A stretch of DNA of 64,000 bases. It comes from Magallana gigas (lineage: Eukaryota). The DNA is taken from contig NC_088862.1 in assembly GCF_963853765.1 (NCBI RefSeq), positions 28,210,001-28,274,000 on the forward strand, read 5' to 3'. Positions 22,610 through 36,300 of this stretch are shown here, in pieces (the first letter of the stretch is position 1; the number at the start of each line of letters is the position of its first letter). The translations under genes were made by a program, and so were the position numbers. The notes below the pieces were generated by a model, which saw only the letters and a list, made by a program, of their open reading frames with translations, was not told the origin of the DNA and ran no database searches.

Positions 22610-22949
22610 TTAAGGCGGAATAACACACCTGGAAAAAATCAATCCAATTAACCGTATATTATTTAATTATGAAAGATATGATAATAAACAAACTGTACAA
22701 ATGTAAAATAGGCGAAACATTCGCAGTTTAGGGATAAAAAATTAATATCTAAAAAATTCGATACAATAAGTAATAGCAAAAGCCCCTGGGGGATTCCAAC
22801 TCGGGATGTACGGATCACAAGCCCGACACGTTCTCCACTGGGCTATGAAGTAAGTTAAATGTTGCTTTCTATAAACTCCTTTTAATAAAATATAATGTCG
22901 TTTCGATGAGAGGTCAGCCATTTTGTGACGATGTGTTATTCCACCTTAA
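22610..22949. mobile_element. TTAA-flanked TIR miniature element with internal tRNA-derived cassette
   Basis: ttaaggcggaataacaca ... tgtgttattccaccttaa (18 bp, 1 mismatch); minus-strand A box TAGCCCAGTGG and B box GAGTTGGAATCC at about 22781-22846. Confidence 0.8.
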
Positions 22950-25549
22950 GGACAATATCTAGAAAATGAAAGGTGCGTACAGGTGTATAAAATTCCAGAT
23001 TTAATTTTTCCAATGATGCTTCATAACAATAGCTTTGATTAATTGGATTAACCAAAGGTTCGAATTTGGTAAACACATTTTTCATTTCTTTATAATTCCT
23101 TGAAGGTTGGAAAGAACGGGGAAAGATTTGTCAAATCAATGTTGACGTCATAATGATTCTATCACCAAAAAGGCACTCTGCAATTATTTACTATATCTAG
23201 ACCTTATTTTCGATGTAAAAACCACTATTTGTTGTTGACAAGATTAATCCAAATACAACCCCGACATCAATAATATGTCATAAAAACACTTGTCCCAAAA
23301 GGTTGATGTTTGACTTCATTAGTTGGTTAGAAACGGATTTCTTATTCGTTCTACTTTAATATTCAAATTTACCTTTTTAAATATCTAGTAAATAAATAAC
23401 ATTCACACAAGTTTAGGAAAGTAAAACGGGTAATTTCGGCTTCTGTTTAAGATTTTGGATAAGTTAACAGTCAACAACAAACCTTTCATTATCTCTAAAA
23501 TAAGTTATTCTTTAAAATGTAACACCATATTCAAAAGTATAGCTACATCAATATTATCATTAAAACTTTTCAAACAACCGCGACTAATGTGAGATAAAGT
23601 TGTTTTAAAGAAAAGTTTTTGAAATTGATTTTCCCTTTGAATATCAATGTCCAAGTAAAATCTTTTGTTTTGGTAGGTCTGATGTATGTTTTGTCAACAT
23701 AGCCTTTTGTACCTCTAACATTATTTCATAAACTAAACATCGAACATAAACTTTTCAAACTAAATGATTTATAGTGGAAAATGCTGAAATTCTTTCCACG
23801 TTGTCACCTTTGAACTTTGTATTAGTTTTCCAAAAAGCCTAAGTATTATTATCTGGTCAGACAGTGTTGTGTTATGCTTAGTCTTCGAAGAAGAAAGTTA
23901 AGGGGGTATTTCAGACACCATGTCATCGGGAAGGAAGTATTTTGCACACAAGATATATGTTTATACATGTATAATTAAAGCATAATTTATCTGATAATCA
24001 AATTTAATTTGCACTTGTGTTGTTGTTTTGAGGGGTGTTGTTTTCTTATATTTCTTTTTTTTTTCTTAATATACATAATAAATAACATTGACTGGTAGAG
24101 TAACATATGTTTAAGCTATTCAAAACTTGAAACAAAATGTGACATTATTAGATTCAATAATTATCATAAACAAAACTTCATTTGTACGTGCATAATTACT
24201 ACAAGACAAGCACATGTACTTAAAATATAGTATTATTCCCGTGTTGTTTTAACTGCACACACTTATTAGTTTCGTCATTGAATATTTATTGTCTGTATTC
24301 AAACATGAATTCTTTAATCTGTTTGATTTTGAACTGTTTGTTTATTTTTGAAAATTAGGAAAGTCAAAAAATAATGGCAGCTTCTCGACAATAGCCTTTA
24401 AATAGACACTTGATTTCAAACACATGTTTTGATTGTTTATAGTCATAAACTGCTGAACATCACGAATAAATGTCCTAAGTGAATTCCACAGGTTTCGAGT
24501 GATAGCATCTGTAAAAGGAATATGTACACGTGTGTGCTAAACATATGGCAATTTCACAGCTTTCACCAAAATGAATTTGTTATAAACCCACGGACTTATT
24601 AATATCGGCTAATGGGGATATTTCTTGTTCACATTGCAATTTGAACAATAAGTCTTGACAATTAACTCAATCATCAAACAAGGATCGGAAGTAAATATAA
24701 TAAAATGATTACTTCCTACCGTGTTTAATTCTTTAAAAAGATCTACTTATCAACTTTAATGCACTTTAAAATTATGGTTATGTTAGCATATGTACTTGTA
24801 TAATATTAGGTTTATATAAATTAACGGATCGTTAGGGCAAATATAGGTGGACAATATTATGAATAAGGTCTACAAAATACAACATAAACATCATGTGTCA
24901 ATGGAACGGTAACGCTTGATTTCATTTCACCCCTTATGAAGATTCGCATCATCATTCCATGCGGACATATCAGTATGAAGATTTTGCAAAATTTACGTTT
25001 GGTAACTTTTGAAAATATTGTGCAAATCAAACCAAAGCTATGTACATCTTTTGAAGGTTCGTTTTGTTACAACTGATGTATAATGAGGGGGCTTTTCTTT
25101 TGTTAACATGCTCATGACGTATGAGCCTTAATGTATTTGTTAGAATGAAATGTGGCGATAACGTAAAGAACAGTGTTCTAATCCAAATTTCAAAGAAAAA
25201 TAAAAACAAATCGCACAAAATCTTTTTATTTTATTCGAATATTTCTATTTTAAAAACTTTATTCTACTGTAATAGCAAGGTGAATATATATAACAAAGAG
25301 AACTGGTTTTGTATTGAAATTATTTCGATACTTTGACAGCCAAATAATTTGACCAATTAGCTTCCAAGATTTATTTCTTCCTTTGGCTTCAACTTTGTTG
25401 CTTTTGAATATACTAACTAGTACATTTCTCATGACACAACTTTGAAATAATTCTTTTTTACATTGATAACATTGACAAACATTGTATTTGTTTAATAATC
25501 TTAAAATATGTTGGTACAAATGCACCCATTGTGTCTGGAAACAAATTGT

Positions 25550-26392
25550 TCATGAATGTATTCTGAACATTGCTTTCATTTCTTTGTTAAGTTTCTTGAT
25601 CTGTGTACAGTAAATAAATGGGTTGACAGCTGAGTTTGAGGCAGAAAAGCAGATAATCAAAAACATATCTAACCGCGAGGAGACCCCCTTGAACCCAATA
25701 ACGATAGAGGGTACGATAGAAATCATGAAGGTGATGAGTATCAAGGTCACAACCTTCATTGATTTTACCATTCTTTTTCTCACTCGATTATTTGAGTTCG
25801 AGTTTACACCAATGATCGTCATGTTGTGCAATTTATATATCTTCCATAAAGTAAGAAGGTAAAAGAAAAAAGCTATACTTAGAACTAGGGTTTGGAATGA
25901 CCCAAACACAACTGCGTATATGGTTTTTCGTAATAGATAGTTCAAATCACATCCGTGCATTAAGAAATAATAAACAAGCACGTACAAAACAATAGAGACA
26001 ACCCACGTGACACTGAACACAATGTACTTCCTTTTACCGTTCCATAAAAGATGATTTAACCTATTTTCAGTAATCACTAGGTACCGATTTAAACTGATGA
26101 ATATTGTCTGCAATATTGACATTTGATAGGTTGCACCACTGACAATATTCAATATAGTGCACGATAAATGAAGGTTTCCATCGTTTGAGTCATTGTTCGG
26201 CATCAGCACTGTTCCATACGTTATGAGGATGACCCCAAATATGAAATCACAGACTGATAACGAGATTACAAGATTGTAATGTGTGTTGTCTCGGAGACTT
26301 TTATTTCGAGTGGCTGCCAGTACAACCATAAGATTCTCGACAGTAGCCAAAACTCCTAGGGTGGTAAGAATGAGTTTTTCTTCTATCTCCAT
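25550..26392 (-). CDS. Intronless rhodopsin-like (class A) GPCR, 280 aa, orphan
   Basis: Seven hydrophobic segments; EN in TM1, LSVCD in TM2, ISLNRY in TM3, NSAVNPFIY in TM7. Confidence 0.9.
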   Translation of the reverse strand: MEIEEKLILTTLGVLATVENLMVVLAATRNKSLRDNTHYNLVISLSVCDFIFGVILITYGTVLMPNNDSNDGNLHLSCTILNIVSGATYQMSILQTIFISLNRYLVITENRLNHLLWNGKRKYIVFSVTWVVSIVLYVLVYYFLMHGCDLNYLLRKTIYAVVFGSFQTLVLSIAFFFYLLTLWKIYKLHNMTIIGVNSNSNNRVRKRMVKSMKVVTLILITFMISIVPSIVIGFKGVSSRLDMFLIICFSASNSAVNPFIYCTQIKKLNKEMKAMFRIHS

Positions 26393-26875
26393 TTATAAGC
26401 TTCCGAAACGCTGTCGTTGAGGGACGATGTTGTATACTATATATACGATGTTTGGAACTAAAAAAAAAATTTATATATATATATATATAAATTACTTTCG
26501 TGCGGACCTGTTAAGGATAAATCAGTGAAAAATTATATCCTGCGTACAATTACAAAAACAGAACAGATTAATTTTAAAAAATCATTTTACAAAACTTTTT
26601 GTTTGTAATTAATAAAATCTATTTTGTTTAGCAATTCATTTCTGTTTGTCTTATTTATTAAATCAATACACCATGTTTTGTTAATAAAGGTCAAGATCTA
26701 GTTAATGATTTCAGGTTGCCGTTTTATTACTTGATCCACTGGGACTTCATGCTTAATATTATACATAATTTTCCTACATTTTAGACTATAAAGAAATGAT
26801 GTAGAAAAACATTTTCTTAACTTCAAATTGAAATATAATAGTAATACAGATACCTATGTTCAATTCATTATCACA

Positions 26876-27251
26876 TTAACGGGACTTCAACACATTTGAG
26901 CTAAACAGAAATACAATTTATTTTTCAATCTTAAAGTTAAAAATGGTTTGGGGTTTTTTTGCGAGCTCTAATATTTAGGAATGCATCTAATCAGTTTACT
27001 TTGTTTCTCACGAGTCAAATTGTCAAGGAAATGGCATTTCCATACTTAACATTATTTGTAAAAAAAAAAATATACAAGTAAGATCCGAGCTGTGTTTACA
27101 AAACAATAAATTATTACCCCTGAATATTCTGATAGCTTGACTTCTAATTTTCAAATTTTGGTCAATCATTCAAAATACACAAGTAAACCATTTTATGCAT
27201 AAAAGATGAAAAATAAAACTTTGATCTAAAACCGTGTCCAAGTCCCTTTAA
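26876..27251. mobile_element. TTAA-ended non-autonomous DNA transposon (Kolobok-like)
   Basis: ttaacgggacttcaacac ... gtgtccaagtccctttaa imperfect TIR. Confidence 0.6.
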
Positions 27252-29599
27252 AGAACAGATTGAGAACATTCTATATACCGGTTTTAGATAGACTGAATGC
27301 GTTTTAGATAAATTTCATTCGTCAAAAATCTTTAAAAATCCTCCGTTTGTTCTTTTGTTTTAAATTCAATGAAATAAACAGTTTCAAACATGACCTGTCA
27401 TTGTGTACATGTTAATCTTAAAATTCGGACCCAATACATCTGTTACTCCTGAGGCATCATGAAAGAAGTGTGTCTTAATTTCAGAAATTATTTACTTTCA
27501 TTTACTACATCTTGATCTAAAGTTAGATTAAATAGATTTTTAAAAACTAATAGTTAGTTTTCATTGAAGAAAATATACTTACCGTTTATAGTATCAGGTA
27601 CATTTAAAAGTGGCAAATACTGAGCATCAATATACAGATTTTTTTTTTAAGATTCCTTCCTTCAAGCTCTATTATTCCGTATATTTTATGACTATATAGC
27701 TTTCAATTTCTTTGAGTTTTGATAAAAGCGCGATTACATTAGTAATTTCATTTTCTTCCCTTTTATTAAAAAGGAAAATCAATCAAGCTTTAGAATGTGA
27801 GACGAAACTTCAAAAATGTTTATTAAACTTCAAAAATATATAAAAACTTCCTTTAATCTTCCGATTATTTTGTATATTTTGAATGAAAATTGCAAATACA
27901 TGTATTATGTGTTTCATTTCATGTTCATAAGAGAAAGGACCCTTCTTTATATTCTCGAAGGAATTAGTATTCTGATATTGATAGAAATCTAAAGAATATC
28001 TAATGAATTAGAAAAAATATCCTGATTTATTTAGCATAGTAAACTAGCATGTAACAAATGCAACAATAATTATAATTAATCAAATTGTAAACTTTGTGAT
28101 TCCGTGTTTATTATGAATTTTCATAAACATGAAATGTACTTTAACAGACGATGAATTCTAATAATATGATGACCAGTTTTAGTTTTTGAGCACAGCAAAA
28201 TACTAAAAAATCACTAAAAGCAATGTTAAAATGCATATATTTTCTAAAAAAAAAAATGCTAATAAACTCAAGATCATCATTTTACGTTTCAAATGTTCAC
28301 ACGATGTTTTGGCAGGGGAACCAGTAGGATCAGATACATGTATCAGTAAGATGGCTGCAGTCACTTAAAGTTTTTTAATCATATACATCTGACAATAAAA
28401 AATACTTCCACAGGATACACATTAATCATGTTAGTGATGGATTTCAAACTCAAAGGTGATCAAAATTTGACCGAGTGATATAGCTCTACAATTTACTAGA
28501 TTTTTCATGGAGAGTTTAATGAACTGAATGCCACAAGTTCACAGTAAATTTCTGTGTATTTATTTGTTTGCTTGTTGGTTGAGTTTTTTTTAATTAAAAT
28601 CAAAACAAACAAATATATTTTTTTCTGATTTACAAATAAACAAAATTAATATTCTTGTAATTTATACACGTAAATGTATAAATGTATAATTTTTTCTCAA
28701 CAGTTTAAAAGCTAAAAAAATATATAAATTATAAAATGACTGCAACAAAGAGGTGCATTCTGCTATGAATAATTTGTTTATTCATCTTTTATATTGCATA
28801 CTTACAGTCTAATATACTTATTTATGTATCATTGAGCTCAATGTCGAAAGAAATAAGGAATCATTCTTTGGGTATTATGAGATGATCAAATACGGTCGGG
28901 TTAATCAAATTATTGATTTCCTATTACCTATATTTATATAGTTGTCATCAATTTTACGATTATATATTAAAATAATCATTGATGAACTACATAACTATAT
29001 TGAACTACATGTACAGTGTCTATCTTACAAAATCGATTCGCAGTGTTTTACAGACATAAACACTTGAGAATGTTAATACATCGCAAAAAATTCAATAGAT
29101 ACAAAATTTATACGAGTATAAAAACAGAGTTGGAAGAGTGTACGACTGTAATTTTAAAAAAAAACACAAAAATAATCAACTGCCTTGTACGAGTTCATAA
29201 GCAAACTCAGGTGTGAATACCTAAAAAAAAATTCAATAAATTAGATGTCACATTTACAACTCTTAATGCTCGTATAAAATCTGTAGATTGATTTTATTCC
29301 ATATAATTCAATGCTTTATCAACAAGAACGGAAATTGAGACAAATTTACATAAAAAATAAAAATAAAATCTACAACATTTCCCCGCAATGCCGTTTTCAG
29401 CGCGAGCGATTGTGACGTTATCAGAAAGATTTGCACAAAATAGACTTTTCTGATTTACCAAATAAGATAGCATGTTACAAACAGATATTGAAAGTAATTT
29501 ATTTGATGCATGTTAAAAGAGTTTAACTAGTTTGTCTTGAATTCACATATAAATGTGTTTTTCATATATTATGATAACTTTCTTTGATCAGATCTCTAT

Positions 29600-29822
29600 T
29601 ACTGTGGAATCATGTTTATTATTAGGGGTCAATGTTCTTGGGTAGCCAAATTTTTCCTGGTTCGTAGAGACATAATTTCGTTGGTAGAAAGTTCAGGATA
29701 ATTTTAATAAATAGTAAACAAATGCTTGTATATCCGTTCGTGGGGATGCAAATTCTTGGGCAAGAGTTACCCACAAAAGCCACGAACATTGGTTCTCCAA
29801 GAACAATGATGATTCCACAGTA
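29600..29822. mobile_element. TA-ended MITE (Tc1/mariner-like ends)
   Basis: Perfect 14-bp TIR tactgtggaatcat/atgattccacagta. Confidence 0.8.
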
Positions 29823-31083
29823 TACTAAACATATGTTTTCATTTTGCCGTCGGTTTTCGTAAATGGCATGTTTTATCACCACGTGGGTGTTGATTTAATT
29901 AATATTGTTAATCAGTAAATAAAGCTGTGCTTAAGTTGTACAAGATAACGAAAGACAACCAAAAACTCTGCATTATTGTTAAACAGGAACCTTTTAGGAT
30001 TAAGTATCTTTTGTTGTTGTTAACAAGACGCTTATTAATGCCTAGCAGTTCTTTGTCGCCACCTGCACCAGCTAGGGTTATAAAAGTCAAATCGATACAA
30101 AAATCATTAAGTGCATTGCATTGTGCAAATTTTGATTATTGATTTATCAATTTCCGGAAACTCATAGCGAGAAACGACAACTAAAGTCAATTATCAAGCA
30201 TGTATCAGTTTGATTATTTTGAAGGCTAACATGAAAAAGCTTCAGACTTTGACCTCGGCTCATCTTTTGTGTTTTGTGCTTATATTTATTGAAGAACGGT
30301 GTCATTGCCTACTACTATTGTTCAAAAGATATGAGGGAGTAAAGACTTCTAAAATCAAATACACTTTCATGTGTAGGTGTATAAAAATTGGTACAGTCAA
30401 GAAACGCGCAGAATGAAATCTTCACTTATCTGTTAGAAAGTAAAAAAACAGACAAATATCGTTCACTCAGTAATTTATTTTTTGTTTTGTGTACATCTTG
30501 TTAACATTGAAGAACTAGTTTGTGTTTTCAGTGTAAATTATTTGATTAAGTTCACTTAATCTTAAAGGTGATTTCAAACAACTCTCAAGCTTAAGAACAT
30601 TCAATTATGACTACTAGTGACTTTTTAAAGATAAACTGAATGAAAAAACAAACTCCCAGTGAAAATATGTTTGTGTAAAGAAATTTCGTTCGATGGAATT
30701 GCACGAACGCCCACGAGTATCACAAAGAGAAACAAAAATAAGTAAACTTGTTAAAATAAGGTTATTGTGGGAGATGTTTCAATTTTTTTATTTTGTTTCT
30801 GTAGGAATTGAAAATTCAATGATGACGAAAAGGTACGAGTACAGTTTAGATTTTTCCCTCTCTTTTTCGAGCCCCTGTTACCGCATACATATGCATCTAA
30901 CTATTTAGTTAACTTTAATTGTTCAAAAAATTGAGTTAATGAGAATTTAATCAACAATTTTCATAACCATCATATATATTTCATAAAGGGAGTATTCTAA
31001 CTTATTAATAGATTTACTTATTTATTTAATTTACTGAAATTGACATTGACTTTACTACTTACGTAGACTAATTTTAAAAGTAT

Positions 31084-31294
31084 TACTGTAGAAACATATA
31101 TTTTCGTTGGGTCAAAATTTCGTTGTTTTTAAACCAAACAAGATTTCGTTGGCATTTAATTTCGTATATCGTAATCTTTTTGTATTCATTAATACCAGGG
31201 TTAAAAATTCGTCATGGATTTAATTTCGTTGATTTATATTGCCAACGAAAATAACGAACTTAAATCCTCAACGAATAGTTCTGCTTCTACAGTA
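31084..31294. mobile_element. TA-ended MITE related to 29600-29822
   Basis: tactgtagaa/ttctacagta TIR; repeated ttcgtt/aacgaa internal motifs. Confidence 0.7.
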
Positions 31295-32958
31295 CCTAAT
31301 AAACTTAAAAATTTGCATTATTGTGTTAGAAGTATGTATATACGAAAACGAAGACGAAATAAGAAATCGTAATAGAAAATTTTACAATTTATATCTTATT
31401 TACCAATTAAATCATGAATGTGATAGGCCGTATCCTAACGACACTCAAACGTATCGTTCAAATACTTTGGACGTAAAGTGTACCAAAACATCCAAATATA
31501 TTTGAACAGAAATGATAGCGATTGTGACGTATCTTTAATAATACCTACCGGTTTAATTTTCCTTAACTTGAATATCGGTCATAATTCACTCCGCATCAAA
31601 CGTTTTTGTAAATTGCGACCACCTCCACTCCACTCATTAACGTAAAAAAGCGTTTTGTGAAGAATCATCAAATCACTAAAATTGTATGTCCTACACTTAT
31701 AAAATTGGGTTCCAAATGACTTTTCGTGTTTTTTACTGTTTGTTAGCGATTTAAGCCCAAATTAATTTTATCGATTGATACATACATAATAATTTTGCTG
31801 ACTGTCTCATTTCATTTATGAAGAAGTTCAATAGAGAATCATGAATCAGCTCTGTACTTCTACAAATTAAATCATATTGATTAAGAACAAAATAAATGCC
31901 TGGTCTCTTTTTATGTATTGACCATCAAGCTTTCACGTTTGGTGAAATTCTATTGAATTCTATGGTTTCCGAGTCGATCCTTGGGAGCAGAGTAAATCAA
32001 TCTGTAATTTCATAGAAATCCGATAAGATAAAGATATAGATGTTGTGTCTGTTACTAAAAGAAGAAAATTGAACATTTGTTAACAGTTGTAATTTTTTCG
32101 ATCTTTTGTAAAACTAAATCAACGTGTATATCAAATCCTACATACAAATCTTCAAGCGAAATTGTTAGCGAAGGTTACAATGCAGTATTACTGCTTAGCA
32201 TTGTAAAATATGCTTGTATTGGGGAAAGGAAATCTGTTGGTGAAAAAGTTCTAGGAATCTAGGAGATGCAGCAGTATAGTTGATGGATTAGTGATAAAAA
32301 TGGTGATTCCTCACAAGCAGGAGTTATTACGGATCTACATCTTTACACAACTTGTAGGTAAGAAGGACTTAGATAAAGGTTTACCTTTTGAGGATAAATT
32401 ACGTGGGAAAAAATCCTACTTCGCAATACTTGTCTGTTCTTTACATGTAACTTATAGGATGTATGTGTCATGCATGACTATCTTTGCACTTAGACATCTC
32501 ATGTAAGGCCATATATAGTATACAGTGATGTTTGGCATTGTTGGTCAAATGATTAAGGTAGTCGGTGTACCGCTTGTTTAACCTTGTGGAATTTTCCAGC
32601 TTGATCGTTTTAGTTTAATTGGAACGTTATGTCAAGTAAAACTTAATTGAAATCGGTATCAGCCTTTAAACCTCATCCAATCCTCTTCAATCCGTCGAAA
32701 ACTCAAAACTTATGAATTTCATGGTTACACGTCTTTCTTGTCATAATTCTATCAAAGGAAGATGAAAGGGTAATCGATGGATTCAAATGATCATAGACTT
32801 AAAGCTTCTCGTGTTCCCGACTTCTGCTTGACATGCAAGTAATTGATTAATATGTATAAAAGGTACAGTTCTAATCTGATGATTCTATGACAAAGATACC
32901 ATGGTCCACTATAGGGCTTTAGATATTATTAGAAATTAAAAGGCAATCGAAATCAATT

Positions 32959-33356
32959 GTCATTATTTGCCAATGAATACCAATAGTCTTTGAATGCCTC
33001 TGAAATACAGAAATCTCAGTTTGTGAATTCTGTAATATCTTTTATATGTATGGTTCTATTATTTGAAGTATAATAGTTATGCTTCTGAATTACGAAAGCC
33101 TGCTTGGTTGATTTGGACAATGTACACAGATATCGAATTTGTTTTCTATTTTCGTCATTATTTGCCAATGAATACCAATAGTCTTTGAATGCCTCTGAAA
33201 TACAGAAATCTCGAGCTCAGTTTGTGAATTCTGTAATATCTTTTATATGTATGGTTCTATTATTTGAAGTATAATAGTTATGCTTCTGAATTACGAAAGC
33301 CTGCTTGGTTGATTTGGACAATGTACACAGATATCGAATTTGTTTTCTATTTTCGT
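32959..33356. repeat. Near-perfect tandem duplication (195 bp plus 201 bp)
   Basis: The units appear identical except for a 6-bp insertion (gagctc) in the second. Confidence 0.9.
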
Positions 33357-36300
33357 AGAGAATTACAAAAATAGATCGGCTCGTAGGATTCATTCAGATA
33401 TTTACAATGTTACTCCGATCACTGTCGGTAAAATTCCAAAGGAACTTTTTTTCTTTTATTTTTTTACCGCCTACTAATCTATTCATCTAAGAAAAAACAA
33501 AAGACTTCCTTATTCCAAAAGGGTTAAAATCGAAATCGTTTACTTGTATGTCGTAATTTATAATGATAACACAACATACGTAACATATGTATCTATTGTG
33601 CAGATATGTAATTACAGGGTTTCTTTTTAAGAGGACTCAATGGTCATGGTCATTCTATACTAATTCAATCTCCTTAGGAAGAAGAGCTCTGTATAAATAT
33701 AAAGTTATAGAAAAATGATTAAATTTTAAAGTTAAAATATTTGGGGGGTTTTTACTACATGTAACTATATGGTCAAAAATGTCATACATCAAAGTTAAAG
33801 GCAGATTTGATCGTTAGTTTGTTTACCATCTGGTGTCCTTAAACAGTGACTCTAAAAGACCTGGCTGATTACATTTGATCATTAAAGCAATATAAAAACC
33901 TCTCCTGAAGTAGAGCAACGGCTTTGAAAACAAAAGTTTAACGACGAAATGTACTTCAGTCGAAGGATCATGAATCTCAGATGAAAAATCTTGATAGTTT
34001 GTATTTTATTTTTTTTTCTCTTGGATAATGAATTTCTGATTATGTTGAACATTCTTTGTAACATTTGTTTATGACGAAAGCAACCCTGTTGAATAATATT
34101 TGACTTTATATAGACAATTCTCAAACATAATGCTAGGGAGTGATATGTGAAATTTATTGTGCAATCATTTAACTGTTTGGGTTTTTTTATAATGGCCGTA
34201 AAACACCTGGCTGATTCCATTTAATTATATAAGCATTATAAAGAATTTTTCTTGCAGTAGAGCAACTGCATTGCAATCAAAATTCGGACGATTTAGTGTA
34301 TTTTACTCAATGGAATATTAATCTTAGATGAATAAGCTTGATAAAGTTTCGTATGCGATATTTTTTCTCTAGAATGATGAATTTCTTATCAAGCTTGAAC
34401 TTTTCTTGTATCATCTGTAAATGACAAGTGTGCCTCTGTTGATTTTTTTTTAATCTTTAGGGACAAATTCAAACACTGTTAATTTTTCGTCATCATTGTT
34501 TTCTTTAGAGACTCTACAAACTCTGGAAAGTTCTTTTATTTGTTAGTTGCACTCTCAAAATGCATCTGCTCAAGATAATTTGTTTGCAGTCTTTAATCAA
34601 TAAACTGCAGAAAGTTTCATAGAATGTCTATATTCTATATATAGGGAGGTTCATTTATGTTTATGACGAGCTTGTTGATTGGAAGGCTTCATTTTTTTTC
34701 ACTTGAACTTGGTATTTAAAGGATCAATGGCCATTTTTGGGGTGTATAGTTTTCCTTAATACGAAGAGCTCTTTTTAAAGTTATAGGAAAATATTCTTAT
34801 TTAAGCTGAAACATTTGAAATATTTTGAAAACTGGATAATAGTTTATTAACAAATTTAAAAATTGGTATCTATAAATCCAAGGTAGATCTGATGACTAAT
34901 TCATAAACCACGTTCTTTTACATTCCCGAACCCTTGCCTTCTGGACCAGTTTCAGGCAAAAAACTGAAAACACCGTGTTGGTAACAGATTTCTTAAACAA
35001 TTTTTAACATTTTATTATAAAACTTATTTTTATACCATGATAATCTGCTGCATTATCACAATACAGATCAAAATGCAATTACCAGATCGTAGTACCTATC
35101 TTCAATCATCAAAAAATTCGACCTAACTCTGAGTTATTTTTCGTCCTGTCTATCCTTTTTATAGTTTTTATCGATCACAATCGCATCATATTGATGTGTT
35201 CTGATGAAAAGCAACACCTTGATCTATGAAAACGTCGTTCAAAAGAGATTTATCTTTTTAATGGTGGTCATTAGCAAGTCTTAAGATTGGTTTTGGCCAA
35301 TTAAACAGGCTAGTGCAAATAAGGTAAGGATGTTCTAAATCGCCAAGGTCACTTCTTAATTCGAGATAAACTGGTGTTACACATATTTGCGTCTTTCCCT
35401 GACTGTGGTAGGGCCGTGAACAAACTGGATTGATTTCTGATCAGGACAGTGACTTTTTTTCTTCTAGGACTTTTTACGACTTCTTGTATATAATCTTGTA
35501 AAGAAAATAGATAATCATTTTTTGTGAGCTGCATTGACGGATTGGTTTTCTACTAGTGATATACAACAATATAATATACATCTTAAAATTTATTTTATTT
35601 TTGGTTTTCATTTTTGAGGTTAGATGATTCCACTATTAACATCTTCTTTCAAAAACAATACCTATTAGATTAAAACTGACCACTTAAAATTTTTATTTGG
35701 GGGGAGCTGGCATTATATATTTAAGCTGGGAAAATGTAATTAAAGACAGGAGCGAATGGACTGAAAATTTTAGGGTTGGTAAAGTTATTTTTTTCTTTTG
35801 ACAGTCTATGCAAGATAGTTTGGGAAGTGGGGTGGGGGTCTGTTGAATTCATTTTGAAAAACAACGATACGCACCCTTATTTTCAGACAACCGTTAGTAA
35901 AATACCCAAGACTATATCAAACGAAGTTTTAGTATGACAAGTATTGATAAACATTTTACAGCTAGCTGGCTTTCTTAATCCATTTGGAATGAGTTTTTAA
36001 AGCGCAATGTTACCAATGAATTTGCTTGTAAGTTAACGTCGATGGAATTTTCTATCTTCATCCATAAATTTACACGCAAATCAATTAATATGTTACTTTC
36101 CTGTGGCATATTTGTTGTATATGCATTTGTCTTCTAGTAAAACAAACCCAAATCCAATACTAAGTTGTTGGCCCTGCGGTCGCCGATCTCGTCGTCTTTA
36201 TCAAAACAGAATTACTGATTCGTTAATTTGAAGTCCGCGCAGTGTAAGACGGGGAAATTACATTTGCCAGAAAAAGGCAAAAGAGTCGTATTTACGCCCG

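Noticed and set aside
22781-22846. Functional tRNA genes here and at about 50665-50760
   Set aside because: A/B boxes are present but no full cloverleaf or acceptor stem, and both sit in repeat-like context.
30231-30416. Signal-peptide-like ORF MKKLQTLTSAHLLCFVLIFIEE
   Set aside because: No convincing downstream exons could be linked.
32200-32960. Possible decayed DIRS/Ngaro coding remnant
   Set aside because: No RT, RNase H or tyrosine-recombinase motif could be read in any frame.
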